The translations under genes and the position numbers were made by a program. A stretch of DNA of 64,000 nucleotides from a virus, in the IMG/VR virus record IMGVR_UViG_3300035228_001133, positions 1 through 64,000 of that record, one strand, 5' to 3'. The notes beneath the pieces are model-generated. The model was not told the DNA's origin, did not search any database, and was given only the letters and a program-made list of their open reading frames with translations. Positions 9,901 through 19,900 of the stretch are shown here, in pieces. Position 1 is the stretch's first letter. Each line of letters begins with the position of its first letter.

Positions 9901-12900
9901 TATTTTGTAAAAAATATTGATAGTAATAGATTTAAACTATATGATGTTGGAATAGGTACTACGAGAGATCTTAGTAACTTTGAAAAAAATAAAGAAGTAT
10001 TTCTAACAAATTTTGGAGCGGGTGAACATGCAATCTCTTATCCGCCAATCATTGTAAAGGTAGAATCTATTTCCGCTATTGGTTCAACTACTGTTGTCCA
10101 ACCACAATTGGATCCAGTCGTTCTTGGTAGTATTGAAAGTGTATATCTGCAAGATGGCGGTACTGGATATGGATGTACAAATATAATCGATTTTAATAGA
10201 AGACCTAATGTTGGAATTTCTACGGTTATTTTTAATGCATTACTGAAACCAATTATTATTGGTGGACGTATTGTTGATGTTCAAATTCTTGCAAAAGGGA
10301 ATGGTTTTCGGAAAGACTCTGATATTTTCATTCATGGTTCGACTGGTGATTTTGCTCAGATCAATCCAATCGTTAAGGACGGTGGTATTGTCGCTGTTCA
10401 AATTCTTGACGGTGGTGTTAACTATGGAGATGATACATCCCTAGAACTTAGAAATAGGGGTACTGAGGCTAAGTTTATTGCCGATGTCCATGAGTGGAAA
10501 ATTAACCAAGTAACGAGATCTGCTGAAAATATTAATCCCGAAGATGGATGTATATTAAAACCAACTACTAATCCAAATCTTGGACTCCAAGCTGTATCAA
10601 TGTATCCTCCTAGAAAGTTGAGATATCAACTTGGAGATAATATTGATGTCGGTAATCTTGAATTATCACAAAATGCTATTCATTCTCCTATTTTGGGATG
10701 GGCATATGATGGTAATCCAATTTATGGTCCATATGGATATGAGACCGAAACTGGAGGTTCAGTAGTTAGACAGAATAGTGGTTATATTCTTAATAATCAA
10801 AGTCTTGCTGGTATACGACCTCCAGCATATTCATTGGGTTATTTTACAAATGATTATTTGTTTAATAATTCTGGAAGTCTAGACAAACATGGCGGAAGAT
10901 ATTGTGTAACACCACAGTTTCCAGATGGAACGTATGCATACTTTTTCAGCATTGACGTTGATTCTAGTGGAGTTGCTGAACCCAAATTCCCATATCTTGT
11001 TGGAGACAGATTTAAAGACCTTCCAGTTCAAGATAATTTTAATACATTCTTTAATCAAGATATTGATATTTCTAAAGAAAAATTATCTAGAAATATTGGA
11101 CCATATTATTTGTCTTTTGGAAACTCCAAATATGATCTGATTGATAAGGTAGATGATTCATATCAACAGAAATTCTTTGTAACTAAAGTAAAAACTGCTG
11201 GTATTGGATCTGTTAGCATCTTTAGTAGAGGTGTAGATTATAAAGTCAATGATCTATTGTCGGTTAACAATGAAGGGACTGATGGATCTGGAGCTAGTAT
11301 TGTTGTTGACACGGTTCTTGGTAAAGATATTAATGAAATTAGTGTTGGAGTTTCAACTTACAGGAATACTGAACTTAGAATTAGCGGTAGGAGTGTAGTT
11401 GGAATAACTACAATTCCGCATGATTTCTTGGACAATGAATTTATTCATGTTTCTGGCATAACGACAGGTAAGTTTTCTCCATTCTTTGGTAAACAAAAAA
11501 TTACTGTACCAAAACGTCGTGTTGGACTTTCTGGGTATATTCCCGAGGTCGGAGTAACGGGAGTGACAACTTACATCTCTGTTACCGATACTGTTGGATT
11601 TAAACCTGGTGACCATATCGGTGTTGGAACCGAAGTTATGGTTGTTACTGAAATTGACAATAAGTTTAGGAGATTTAGAGTTAATCGTCAAAATTATGTT
11701 GGTATTGCAATCACACACCCTGTTTCGGAAAACTCTGTTTTCTTAAAACCAGTTGAGTTTGAATTTAGTGCCGCTACAGTTGATAATCAATTCTTCACAT
11801 ATGCAGTACAACCAAATAGAAGTATATACTTCTCTCCAGAGGACACTGTAGGTGTAGGATCTACAGGTAGAATTTACGATATTATTAATACTGGTATTGG
11901 AACAATTGTAGCACAAAGTTATGATACTAGATTTGTTCCTGAAAGGAGAATTTTCATCCCAAATCATCGTCTTGCTACTGGACAACCATTAAGATATAAT
12001 GTTGGTACTTCTGGAACTTCTATAGTCGTTTCAAATACATCTGTTGGATCTACTTCTGGTATTGGAACTACCAAACTAGAAGATAACTCTATTGTATATG
12101 CAGTTAATTTTGGACAAAACTATATTGGAATATCTACTATTGGATTTACTACTATTGGAAATGCCTTATATTTCTTTGATGTAGCAAACAATGTTGGATA
12201 TGCCCATTCATTTACTACACAGTTCCCAAGAGTTGATGCTAGAGTTGAACGATACTTCACTAGCGTTGTCACTGATAGTGATCATGGACTAGAGAGTGGT
12301 GACATTGTAAAATTCAACACAACACCAACTCAAACGGAAAATATCAAACTTAGATTTGATCCTGTTATTGGTAAGATTACATCAGACAAAGTAAGTTTTT
12401 CTAGTACTAGTATTTCTGCAGATTATACTGCTATTGATATCCAAGATGAAACATTCCAGAGTGGGGATAAAGTAGTATTCTATCAATCTGAGGGTAATCT
12501 TATTGGTGGATTGGAAAACAATAAAACATACTTTATCCTTCGTGAAGATCCACAATTTATTAAATTTGTTGAATATAAATCAGATATTGCAGATTCAAAT
12601 TCAATTGTATTTTCTTCGATTGATATTGGAACATATGAAATTGCTAAGGTGAATCCACCTCTATCTTTCACAAAAGGAAATAAATTTGTTTTTGATGTTT
12701 CTGATCCATCTCTAAAAGACATGCGATTGGAATTTTATTCTGATGGCAATTATAGAAATAGTTTGGAAGTTGCAGGAACTGATGAAAATGGATTTGCTAT
12801 TAAGAGAGAAGGCACACCTGGATCTACCGATGCTATAATTACTATTGATAGTAGAGATGATTATCCAAGTAAAAGTTTTTATAATTTAGTTCCAGTAGTT

Positions 12901-15900
12901 CCTTCCGACCAAAGAAAACTAAGTGTTATTTCCGATAAAGATGTTATTGGTAATAATAATATCACTCTCAATGATATGGTGGTTAATGGTGACCAACAAG
13001 TTACGGTTACTAGTAGCAAACAATTTACATATAATCTCGATCGCAAGCCATCCGAAACACAGACTTATGTTTCTAGACTTGGTGTTAGTACTATTTTTTA
13101 CGAAACATCATCTACCACAGCTGCTGGTCCAGTTTACTCTACAAAGACAAACTTTTCTGGTAGAGGATATAGAATTATTCCATCTACCAACGGATTTATA
13201 AGTTCTTCTGGTAATAATGCAACTGTTAAGATTCTTTCCAGTGATATTGGCAAAATTGATACTCTAGAAAGAGTTAAGGATGGATTTGATTATCCAACAG
13301 ATCCTACTTTGATTCCATTCTTAAGCGTTCCTGCCGTGATTGACATTGCTGGAGTACAGAGAATTGATAATATTGAGGTTTTGGATGGAGGTATAAACTA
13401 TTCTCAACCACCTAACTTGATTATACGTGGTAATGATAAAATTGATTTGCAAGCAAGAATTAATGGTGGTGCTGTAGATAAAGTATTCGTCCTACAGAAT
13501 GCTTTTGAATTTGATGAACCTTTGAGTGTTATTCCAACACAAAATTCTAATGGATATGATATTGATCAAATTACTCATGTTGGAAATACTGTAACTCTTG
13601 AATTACTTCTTGATGCTCAGTTCAATCAACCAGTTACAACGGGATTCGGAACTACTGATGTTAACTTTCCATTCAAAGTTGGAGATTCTGTTTTTGTTGA
13701 GGGATGTAGATTAAAATCTGATTCTGTTGATGATGGCGAAATTAATTTCAACTCGGAAAATTTTGACTTTAAGTTCTTTACAGTTACTGGAGTCAATACA
13801 TCCAATTTCACCCTTTCGTATAGTGTTGCTGGAATTAATACTGGAACCTTAGGATCTTATGACGATGATTTTGGATTAGGTTATGTAGTCAATTCTAAAG
13901 ATATGGCTAAGTTTAGAATGAATCTTATCGATGATGCTAAATTCTTATCCGAAGAAAAAGTCACTTCTAAGAAATTTGAAGGATTTGTATCTCCAGGTGG
14001 TTGGGATCCCAAATTAAGTCAACTTAGACTTTCAAATACTTCTGGAGTATTATCTGTAGGAGATGAAATCTATGGTGAACAGTCTACTATTAGAGGTAGA
14101 GTTGAGGCTGTCAATAGATTTAACATCAAAAGTACATTGGGTGTTAGTAGAGATAAAATTGCAAAAAATGATAATACAACTGGAATCCTCAATGACTTTA
14201 GTCAAAGAATTTCGGATAACTTCTATTATCAGAAGTTTTCATATTCCATTAAGGGAAGAGTTCCATATGATACATGGAGAGAAGCAGTAAGATCTATTGT
14301 TCATCCTTCTGGATTTAGAGAATTTTGTGACCTTGAGATTATTAGTCAAGCAGCTACAAGTATGAAGGTTAAGTCTGCTACTAATTCTGTAAATCTGTTA
14401 GTCAATATTGATAGTGACATTTATCTGCAAGAAAGACAGAACTTTGCTCTAGTCACAGAAGATGACATAGCTCCAGATGGAAGTATTCAAAGAATCTTCT
14501 TCCCAGAAGGCAGACCCATTAAGAGTTACATTCTGAATAAGACTAATAAGGTCCTATTGATAGATGATATCTCTTCTGGTTTTAATGGAGACCATGATAG
14601 AACTGGAACTTTGGTTGGTAACATTGGATTTAAACTGAAAGCTAAGGGTCAACCACTATTCAAAGCAACTTTTAATGCAGCTGATACTAAAGTCATTGAT
14701 CTCGTAGATAATATCATTACTATTCCTAATCATAACTTCCAAACGGGACAGGAATTAAATTATAATCTACAAGGTGGATCTCCAATTGGAATTGCTACTA
14801 CATCTCATATTGCTGGTCTAAGAGACATTGTAATGGGTGTGGAATCTGCATTGGGTGGTAGTGGTGCAATGTTTGAAAATGGATATAATAATGAAATTCC
14901 AGAAAATACTCTTACTGGTGTTGGTACTGTAGTAAGCCCAATCGTTACGTTTGTTGTATATGGATTTGGAAGTCCTGATGGTGGTCTTCCTGGCATTTCT
15001 ACCAGAGGAACTGGTGCTAGATTCCAAGTTAAATTTACATATGAACAAAGTACGGGACAACCACTTTCTACGAATGTTACCCTGACTCAAGGTGGTACTG
15101 GATACTTTGTTGGCGATAATGTGAGTATTGCTGGTACTCATTTGGGTGGAACGACTCCTGCAAACGACCTAACATTCCCTGTATCGCGCATTACTGGTAC
15201 TCAAACAGGTGTTACCACTACTTACCTTGACATACCATCCACAAGTGATTTAAGCGGTACTGGCGCACGTTTTGACGTTACTAGAGATTCCAATCTTGAT
15301 GTTGAAAGTATTGTTGTTGTTAGTGGCGGTAGTGGGTATGTAAGTACGGAAACAATTTCTATTGCTGGAACTTATATCGGTGGCAGTGGTTCTGGTGATG
15401 ATCTTCTTTGCACACCAGTAGAACTAGGGGGAACAGCTATTCCAGAAAAAGTCTTTGTTCAGAAAATTGATGATGTTACATTTAAGATTAGTGGACTATC
15501 TACATCATTACCATTGAATTTTGTTGGGTATGGAACTGGAACCCACAAATTTAGTATTGCTGATCCATCTACGAATGCACTAATCTCAATCGATAATATT
15601 ATCCAGAGTCCTCTTAGAAATAAAAAACTTGAGATTGGTATTGGATCTCCAATTGGAATATATGATCAAAGTATTGTCGTTACTACTGGAATTGCGTCTT
15701 TGGCACCAAATGATGTGATTAAGTTTGGTGATGAATTTATGAAGGTTAGACAGATTGGTGACGGAACATTTGTCTCGGGTCGAAGAGTGGAAATTGAAAA
15801 TACTGTGGATAATTCTTTTTACTATGATGTAAATAGAATGAACTCCACTATTACTAGTTTGGATGAGACTATTGTAACCCATGATGATAGACCTCCGTAT

Positions 15901-15903
15901 TAA
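6955..15903 (+). CDS. gp7: Baseplate wedge initiator gp7-like protein, N-terminal/main part, containing a YHYH-like domain
   Basis: 'ESQIPSF...F..FLEQYY', 'KDFYSAKGT..SY..LFKLLYG', 'YYQKFSYSIK...W...V...VHPSG'; YHYH-like HSPILGWAYDGNPIYGPYG; lies between gp6 and gp8. Confidence 0.85.
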   Translation: MTEQNKVKISQLIESQIPSFLNQESPLFREFLEQYYISQEHQSGVVDLAVNLPDYRQISSFNNETLIPYNVLLANIFASDDIITVQSTAGWPDQYGLIKIDNEIITYKSKTETQFLDCSRGFSGISKIQQDVNSEFLDFTISDADEHSSGSLVYNLSNLFLQEFFSKFKKEFLPGFENRSFVAGTSIQNILTRAKDFYSAKGTDASYQILFKLLYGEEIDIKKPIENTIIASANVYFKTKNILVENLFDGDPLQIVGNFLFQNVTGIGTVSASIYNVEYRPIDNKDFYEVSLDASSFSGRYEVPGKTKTLQGIPQFANNILVDSTIGFDRQGSLLIKPTVDSNFIEISYTDKTVNQFLGVSGISTDLVFGAEIFEDKLAFSYAGFGQTSQVQLRIVNVIDNIDVSDTANMVVGDSLKLSTFGLDKGEDSQFNSWIYNIPTIHNISSVDQLNINTFRINLFDEVVFFIGEKIMLSNDNTEISGEIKVIEYDSSRSEKRLSNRVVVLVNGSLPIEPKILKKTIVKAQHNLGRFPEINNFPVGIQNSYLSDNGDDYFITTAGIPNYPLFATDNRRFLRTDINVSTDSNGTPINGGGFTYLLKSVDIDDINTSIKHSYTTGDKIFWDNIDNAGIQTGIYFVTAVNETDLFLSFSGSDVFSKKYIPLRINSTGQYVVKSGFENKNLEHQKILKKFPYVRKEQYFDDPNDRDVKNRAVGLLANGVEIYPPTVFDEQIYYGDVVNIKVTSPGKNYDVINGPDLIVQDQSGSGCKAFPTVTGSFSEVRLVSPGIGYQSKPKITVEGGNGNGAVLESNLVKGKIVVNFKADGTSVNSNSETIDFPSVHNFEVGEEVFYDSKGNTPIGNLISGATYFIRVVDSKTIALHTSFQDAVNNTNTVNIGAPSFGFHSFVSTKAKNTITQIYVKEPGSGYSNRKVIVPSRTTAAGTRSGIDTSDNYIYARGHGFTTGDVVRYSSTNMMVGGLSSTTEYFVKNIDSNRFKLYDVGIGTTRDLSNFEKNKEVFLTNFGAGEHAISYPPIIVKVESISAIGSTTVVQPQLDPVVLGSIESVYLQDGGTGYGCTNIIDFNRRPNVGISTVIFNALLKPIIIGGRIVDVQILAKGNGFRKDSDIFIHGSTGDFAQINPIVKDGGIVAVQILDGGVNYGDDTSLELRNRGTEAKFIADVHEWKINQVTRSAENINPEDGCILKPTTNPNLGLQAVSMYPPRKLRYQLGDNIDVGNLELSQNAIHSPILGWAYDGNPIYGPYGYETETGGSVVRQNSGYILNNQSLAGIRPPAYSLGYFTNDYLFNNSGSLDKHGGRYCVTPQFPDGTYAYFFSIDVDSSGVAEPKFPYLVGDRFKDLPVQDNFNTFFNQDIDISKEKLSRNIGPYYLSFGNSKYDLIDKVDDSYQQKFFVTKVKTAGIGSVSIFSRGVDYKVNDLLSVNNEGTDGSGASIVVDTVLGKDINEISVGVSTYRNTELRISGRSVVGITTIPHDFLDNEFIHVSGITTGKFSPFFGKQKITVPKRRVGLSGYIPEVGVTGVTTYISVTDTVGFKPGDHIGVGTEVMVVTEIDNKFRRFRVNRQNYVGIAITHPVSENSVFLKPVEFEFSAATVDNQFFTYAVQPNRSIYFSPEDTVGVGSTGRIYDIINTGIGTIVAQSYDTRFVPERRIFIPNHRLATGQPLRYNVGTSGTSIVVSNTSVGSTSGIGTTKLEDNSIVYAVNFGQNYIGISTIGFTTIGNALYFFDVANNVGYAHSFTTQFPRVDARVERYFTSVVTDSDHGLESGDIVKFNTTPTQTENIKLRFDPVIGKITSDKVSFSSTSISADYTAIDIQDETFQSGDKVVFYQSEGNLIGGLENNKTYFILREDPQFIKFVEYKSDIADSNSIVFSSIDIGTYEIAKVNPPLSFTKGNKFVFDVSDPSLKDMRLEFYSDGNYRNSLEVAGTDENGFAIKREGTPGSTDAIITIDSRDDYPSKSFYNLVPVVPSDQRKLSVISDKDVIGNNNITLNDMVVNGDQQVTVTSSKQFTYNLDRKPSETQTYVSRLGVSTIFYETSSTTAAGPVYSTKTNFSGRGYRIIPSTNGFISSSGNNATVKILSSDIGKIDTLERVKDGFDYPTDPTLIPFLSVPAVIDIAGVQRIDNIEVLDGGINYSQPPNLIIRGNDKIDLQARINGGAVDKVFVLQNAFEFDEPLSVIPTQNSNGYDIDQITHVGNTVTLELLLDAQFNQPVTTGFGTTDVNFPFKVGDSVFVEGCRLKSDSVDDGEINFNSENFDFKFFTVTGVNTSNFTLSYSVAGINTGTLGSYDDDFGLGYVVNSKDMAKFRMNLIDDAKFLSEEKVTSKKFEGFVSPGGWDPKLSQLRLSNTSGVLSVGDEIYGEQSTIRGRVEAVNRFNIKSTLGVSRDKIAKNDNTTGILNDFSQRISDNFYYQKFSYSIKGRVPYDTWREAVRSIVHPSGFREFCDLEIISQAATSMKVKSATNSVNLLVNIDSDIYLQERQNFALVTEDDIAPDGSIQRIFFPEGRPIKSYILNKTNKVLLIDDISSGFNGDHDRTGTLVGNIGFKLKAKGQPLFKATFNAADTKVIDLVDNIITIPNHNFQTGQELNYNLQGGSPIGIATTSHIAGLRDIVMGVESALGGSGAMFENGYNNEIPENTLTGVGTVVSPIVTFVVYGFGSPDGGLPGISTRGTGARFQVKFTYEQSTGQPLSTNVTLTQGGTGYFVGDNVSIAGTHLGGTTPANDLTFPVSRITGTQTGVTTTYLDIPSTSDLSGTGARFDVTRDSNLDVESIVVVSGGSGYVSTETISIAGTYIGGSGSGDDLLCTPVELGGTAIPEKVFVQKIDDVTFKISGLSTSLPLNFVGYGTGTHKFSIADPSTNALISIDNIIQSPLRNKKLEIGIGSPIGIYDQSIVVTTGIASLAPNDVIKFGDEFMKVRQIGDGTFVSGRRVEIENTVDNSFYYDVNRMNSTITSLDETIVTHDDRPPY

Positions 15904-15904
15904 C

Positions 15905-15912
15905 TATAAATA
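15905..15912 (+). promoter_or_regulatory. T4-type late promoter
   Basis: TATAAATA 20 nt upstream of ATG 15933. Confidence 0.8.
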
Positions 15913-15932
15913 ACTGAAAAACTACTTGAGTA

Positions 15933-16961
15933 ATGGCAAAGCAAGGCATTAATACTGGTACTGCCCCTAATGATGGCACTGGAGATACCCTGCTGGCAGG
16001 AACTCTAAAGATTAACGGCAACTTTGATGACATTTACGATGTCTTCGGAGATGGAACTAATCTCATTAGTTTTGTATCTTATGCTACTACTGCAGGGTAT
16101 TCTACCAATGCGGGTATCGCATCAACATCTGTATACGCTGAGAATGCAAGATATGTATCTAATGATATTAATATCAACACATCTGGTATTCTTACCACTT
16201 CATATGCTGATATCGGTAAGATTACTATTCAACAACCAGGAGCAATTACTGACGGTCCCATAGAAGTTGGTTTTGCAGCTACGATGTTCAGAATACGATC
16301 TGACGGCATGGTTGGCATTGGAACGTCTATTCCAACGTCTCAACTTCAAGTTGCATCATTCTCAGATTCTAGACCTGCATTGTGGGCTATTGCAAAATCA
16401 AATGGTCCTTCCTTTAGGGCTTCAGACCAAGACATTACTCCAGAAAAGACTTTTGTTGTTACAAAAGATTCCAATATAGGTATTGGTACAAATGTTCCAG
16501 CTCCTAACCAAAGACTTGATATTCGTGGGAATGTAACTGCTGAGGGAGTTATCACTCTTGATGGAACAACTAATTTTAATAGTGATATCACAGAAACAGT
16601 AGTAAATGACTTTGGTGATAATATTACAGTTTCTGCGGCAGGAACTTTAACTGTTGATCTTTCTGTAGGAACTGTAGTTGTTGGTGGAATAACAACTTCT
16701 GTTGGTACTTGGGACTTCACTAATGTTACTGCATTAAATAGTAAGGCGACTACAGCAACTCTTGTTATTAATGCTGGTGTTGGATACACTTATGGTGATT
16801 CAGTCAATATTAACGGTGGACCTATCGCTGGTGGTGTTAGATGGGTTGGCGGAAACCCTCCACCTGCTTCCAATGGAGAAGATATTTTGACATTCAGTAT
16901 AATTAGAGATTCTTCTGGATTAACAAGAGTTTATTGTAGTAGTTCCATTAATATTAGCTGA
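15933..16961 (+). CDS. Fibre/baseplate protein with gp9/gp10-like N-terminus
   Basis: MAKQGINTGTAPNDGTGDTL...KINGNF N-terminal motif; VGIGT fibre repeats. Confidence 0.75.
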   Translation: MAKQGINTGTAPNDGTGDTLLAGTLKINGNFDDIYDVFGDGTNLISFVSYATTAGYSTNAGIASTSVYAENARYVSNDININTSGILTTSYADIGKITIQQPGAITDGPIEVGFAATMFRIRSDGMVGIGTSIPTSQLQVASFSDSRPALWAIAKSNGPSFRASDQDITPEKTFVVTKDSNIGIGTNVPAPNQRLDIRGNVTAEGVITLDGTTNFNSDITETVVNDFGDNITVSAAGTLTVDLSVGTVVVGGITTSVGTWDFTNVTALNSKATTATLVINAGVGYTYGDSVNINGGPIAGGVRWVGGNPPPASNGEDILTFSIIRDSSGLTRVYCSSSINIS

Positions 16962-16969
16962 TAAAATAA

Positions 16970-19900
16970 ATGCCAAGAACCACACCTGGATCGGGAGCTA
17001 TTCTAAGACCAGTATTCAACTCCTCTTACGGTGTAGAGAGGATTGATGTAATCTCTGGTGGAAATGATTATACCAAAGCAGATCCTCCTAAACTTGTTAT
17101 TGAAGGAACCGAAACTCCTATAGTAGAAGGTGTTTTTTATCCAGTTATTACTGGTGTCGGGACTATTAGCGAAGTAGTCATTTTCGACACTGGTGCTGGA
17201 TATTATCCAGTATTTTCAACGACAACTTCATCCGAAGTTATTGTTGATAGAGGATCTTTTGGATCCATTTCTACTATTCATGGAACTGGCATATCTTCGG
17301 TATTTGTTGGGGACTATAATATTATTGAAGATAATATCTATTTCATAGATGCTCCTTACGGTAAAAGAGGTCCAGTAGGTTTAGAAACTGGATCCACCTT
17401 TAATGGAAGATTATTCTCAAGAAAATTTGATCCATTTGAACCTGAAGATAAAAACTTAATTCTTGATGATATTTCACTGGAATTTACTGGAGTTGCTGGA
17501 ACTAATTTTAGAATAACTGAAAATCTTGGCATAGTAACTTCTCTATACAATAGTGTTAATACTGGCGTAGAGATTAATAATAATCCGTTTATTCTTATTA
17601 ATAATGTTGTTCAAACTCCAAATTTAGATTTTACATTTAATAATTCTTCAGATAATCAATTAAATTTCTTAAGTGGTGTACCTAGAGCGGGAAGACTTGA
17701 CAAAGTTGCAATTCAAACTGGTGCTGGATATTACATTCCTGTAGAAGCTGCAGCAGTTGCTGGTGTAAATTCATCTGGATCTGTTGATTATGTTCAACTT
17801 CGTGGTGGTGGACAGGGATATAGAACTCCTCCAGAAGTTCGTATTAGGGCTACAAATGGTATTGGTGCATCTGCTACGGCAATTCTCGGAACCAAAGTAG
17901 ATACTCCTGTTGGAATTACAACGGCTGTATTTGATATGTTTAGTGGTATTGGAACCTTTACCACTGCGGCTCCACATGATCTATATGATGGGGACCGAGT
18001 TGTAATTACAGGTGCTGGATTTACATTTACTCCACTATCTGCGATAAGAAATATTAATGAGTTTGGATATGATTACATTACTGGTATTGCTACACTTAGT
18101 GTTTATGGTGGACATTATATTGGTACTGGAGCCAACCAGTCTAGACATTTAGCTCTTAGGGGAATTCAGGTAACTGATGGTATTAGTACTTTCACTCTAA
18201 GAGAAGATTCGTATCCGATTATTTCTATTGTAAACAGTAACGAAGCTAAGATTAATATTGGTATTGGAACTACAGGAGTTCAATATGTAAGTGCTGGTAC
18301 AGTCCAGGCTGGTGTTGACACAAATATTCTGGAAGCACGAAATGTAATCGGTTTTGACATTATTGACACACCAACAGATGATACTTTTGAGGTATTTTTA
18401 GGAATTACTACGTTCCCACATAACTATGTGACTGGTGGAGTCGTTCAGAGAGACCAGACGGGTATTGTAACAGCGATTAACCTTACCTCTGGTGGTTCTG
18501 GATACTTTCCTGCCGCAAAGGTCGTCTACAGTGATAATACGCAGGAATCAGGAATCACTACATTTACTGCTCATGGTCAGCAGATTGGAGTTACCACAAA
18601 TGTTGGTACGGCTGAGTATGATCCTGTTGTTGGAATTTTGACCGTCAGATTTAGTGAGAATCATGGTCTTACTGATGATGATGCAGTAAAACTTGAAGGA
18701 TTGGTATTTGATACCATTAATGGACCTGTTACTTTCCCTAGAGGATTAAAGAAGTATTTTGGATTTACAGTCCCAAATAATGTTGACATTAATATTGATG
18801 CCACAGAAGAAATGTATGATCTCACAAGAAATGTGGGAGTCTATACGGGACAATTTCTTACTGGAACCATTACTCGATATAAGGGTCATGGATTAAAAAC
18901 GGATGAGTTTGTTGTTGTCAGTGGAGTTGGACAAACTACATCTAGTTCAGTAGATTTACGACTTGCTGATGTTGAATATGACAATGCTAGTGGAGTAGCA
19001 ACTATCACTACAAGACGAAATCATAATTTCACAAAAAATGATTTTGTAATCCTTAGTGGAATTGCATTTACTTGTGATTACTCTCCATCACTCGGTATCA
19101 CTACAGCAGAGTATGATAATATTAGTGGTATTATGACTATTACCACCGCTGCTCCTCATGGGTATTCGGAAGGTGGTAAAGCCGGAAATGTTGTCCTTAG
19201 TGGACTTGGATTTACTTGTGATATTGATAATGGTTCTTCTATCCATTACTATCCAAGACATAGGGACGAATCATATCAAAAGTCTATTTCTATTGCCTCG
19301 ACAACGAACACAACAATTACATTAGATGTAGGTAAGTCTCCAAGAAATGAATCATATCCACACACGTTTGCATCTGCAAAAACAGGATCTGTAGTTTCTG
19401 GTGGTGACTATGCACACAGTTTTGTTGGGTCCGCTTCTAGTTCCATTATTCTTGGTGGAGAATATGATCACAACTTTGTCAGTGCAACATCTGAAGCTAT
19501 TGTTGTTGGTGGTGACTATGATCATACTTTCGTAAGTTCTGGATCTACTGCACTCTGGAGAGGTGGTGGATATCCACATACATTTGTTAGTGCAGGAGCT
19601 ACTGCTGTTATCACTGGTGGTGATTACACATATACGTTTGTTCCTGATAGTAATAATGGTGGTGCTATTGCAAAATACACTTGGGCTGGACCATTCCTAA
19701 CTCCAACTGTAGTAGGGTATATTCCAGCTACGGGGATATTGACACTAGAATTTAATCAACCCCACTTCTTAACTACAAGTGATACAATTGGTATTGCAAC
19801 AGGATCATTGACATTCACATGTGATATGGATGGTAATGCAACTAAACATGACTATCCTAGACGTAGGGATCCTATCCATAACAAGTCAGATGTCCCAGTT

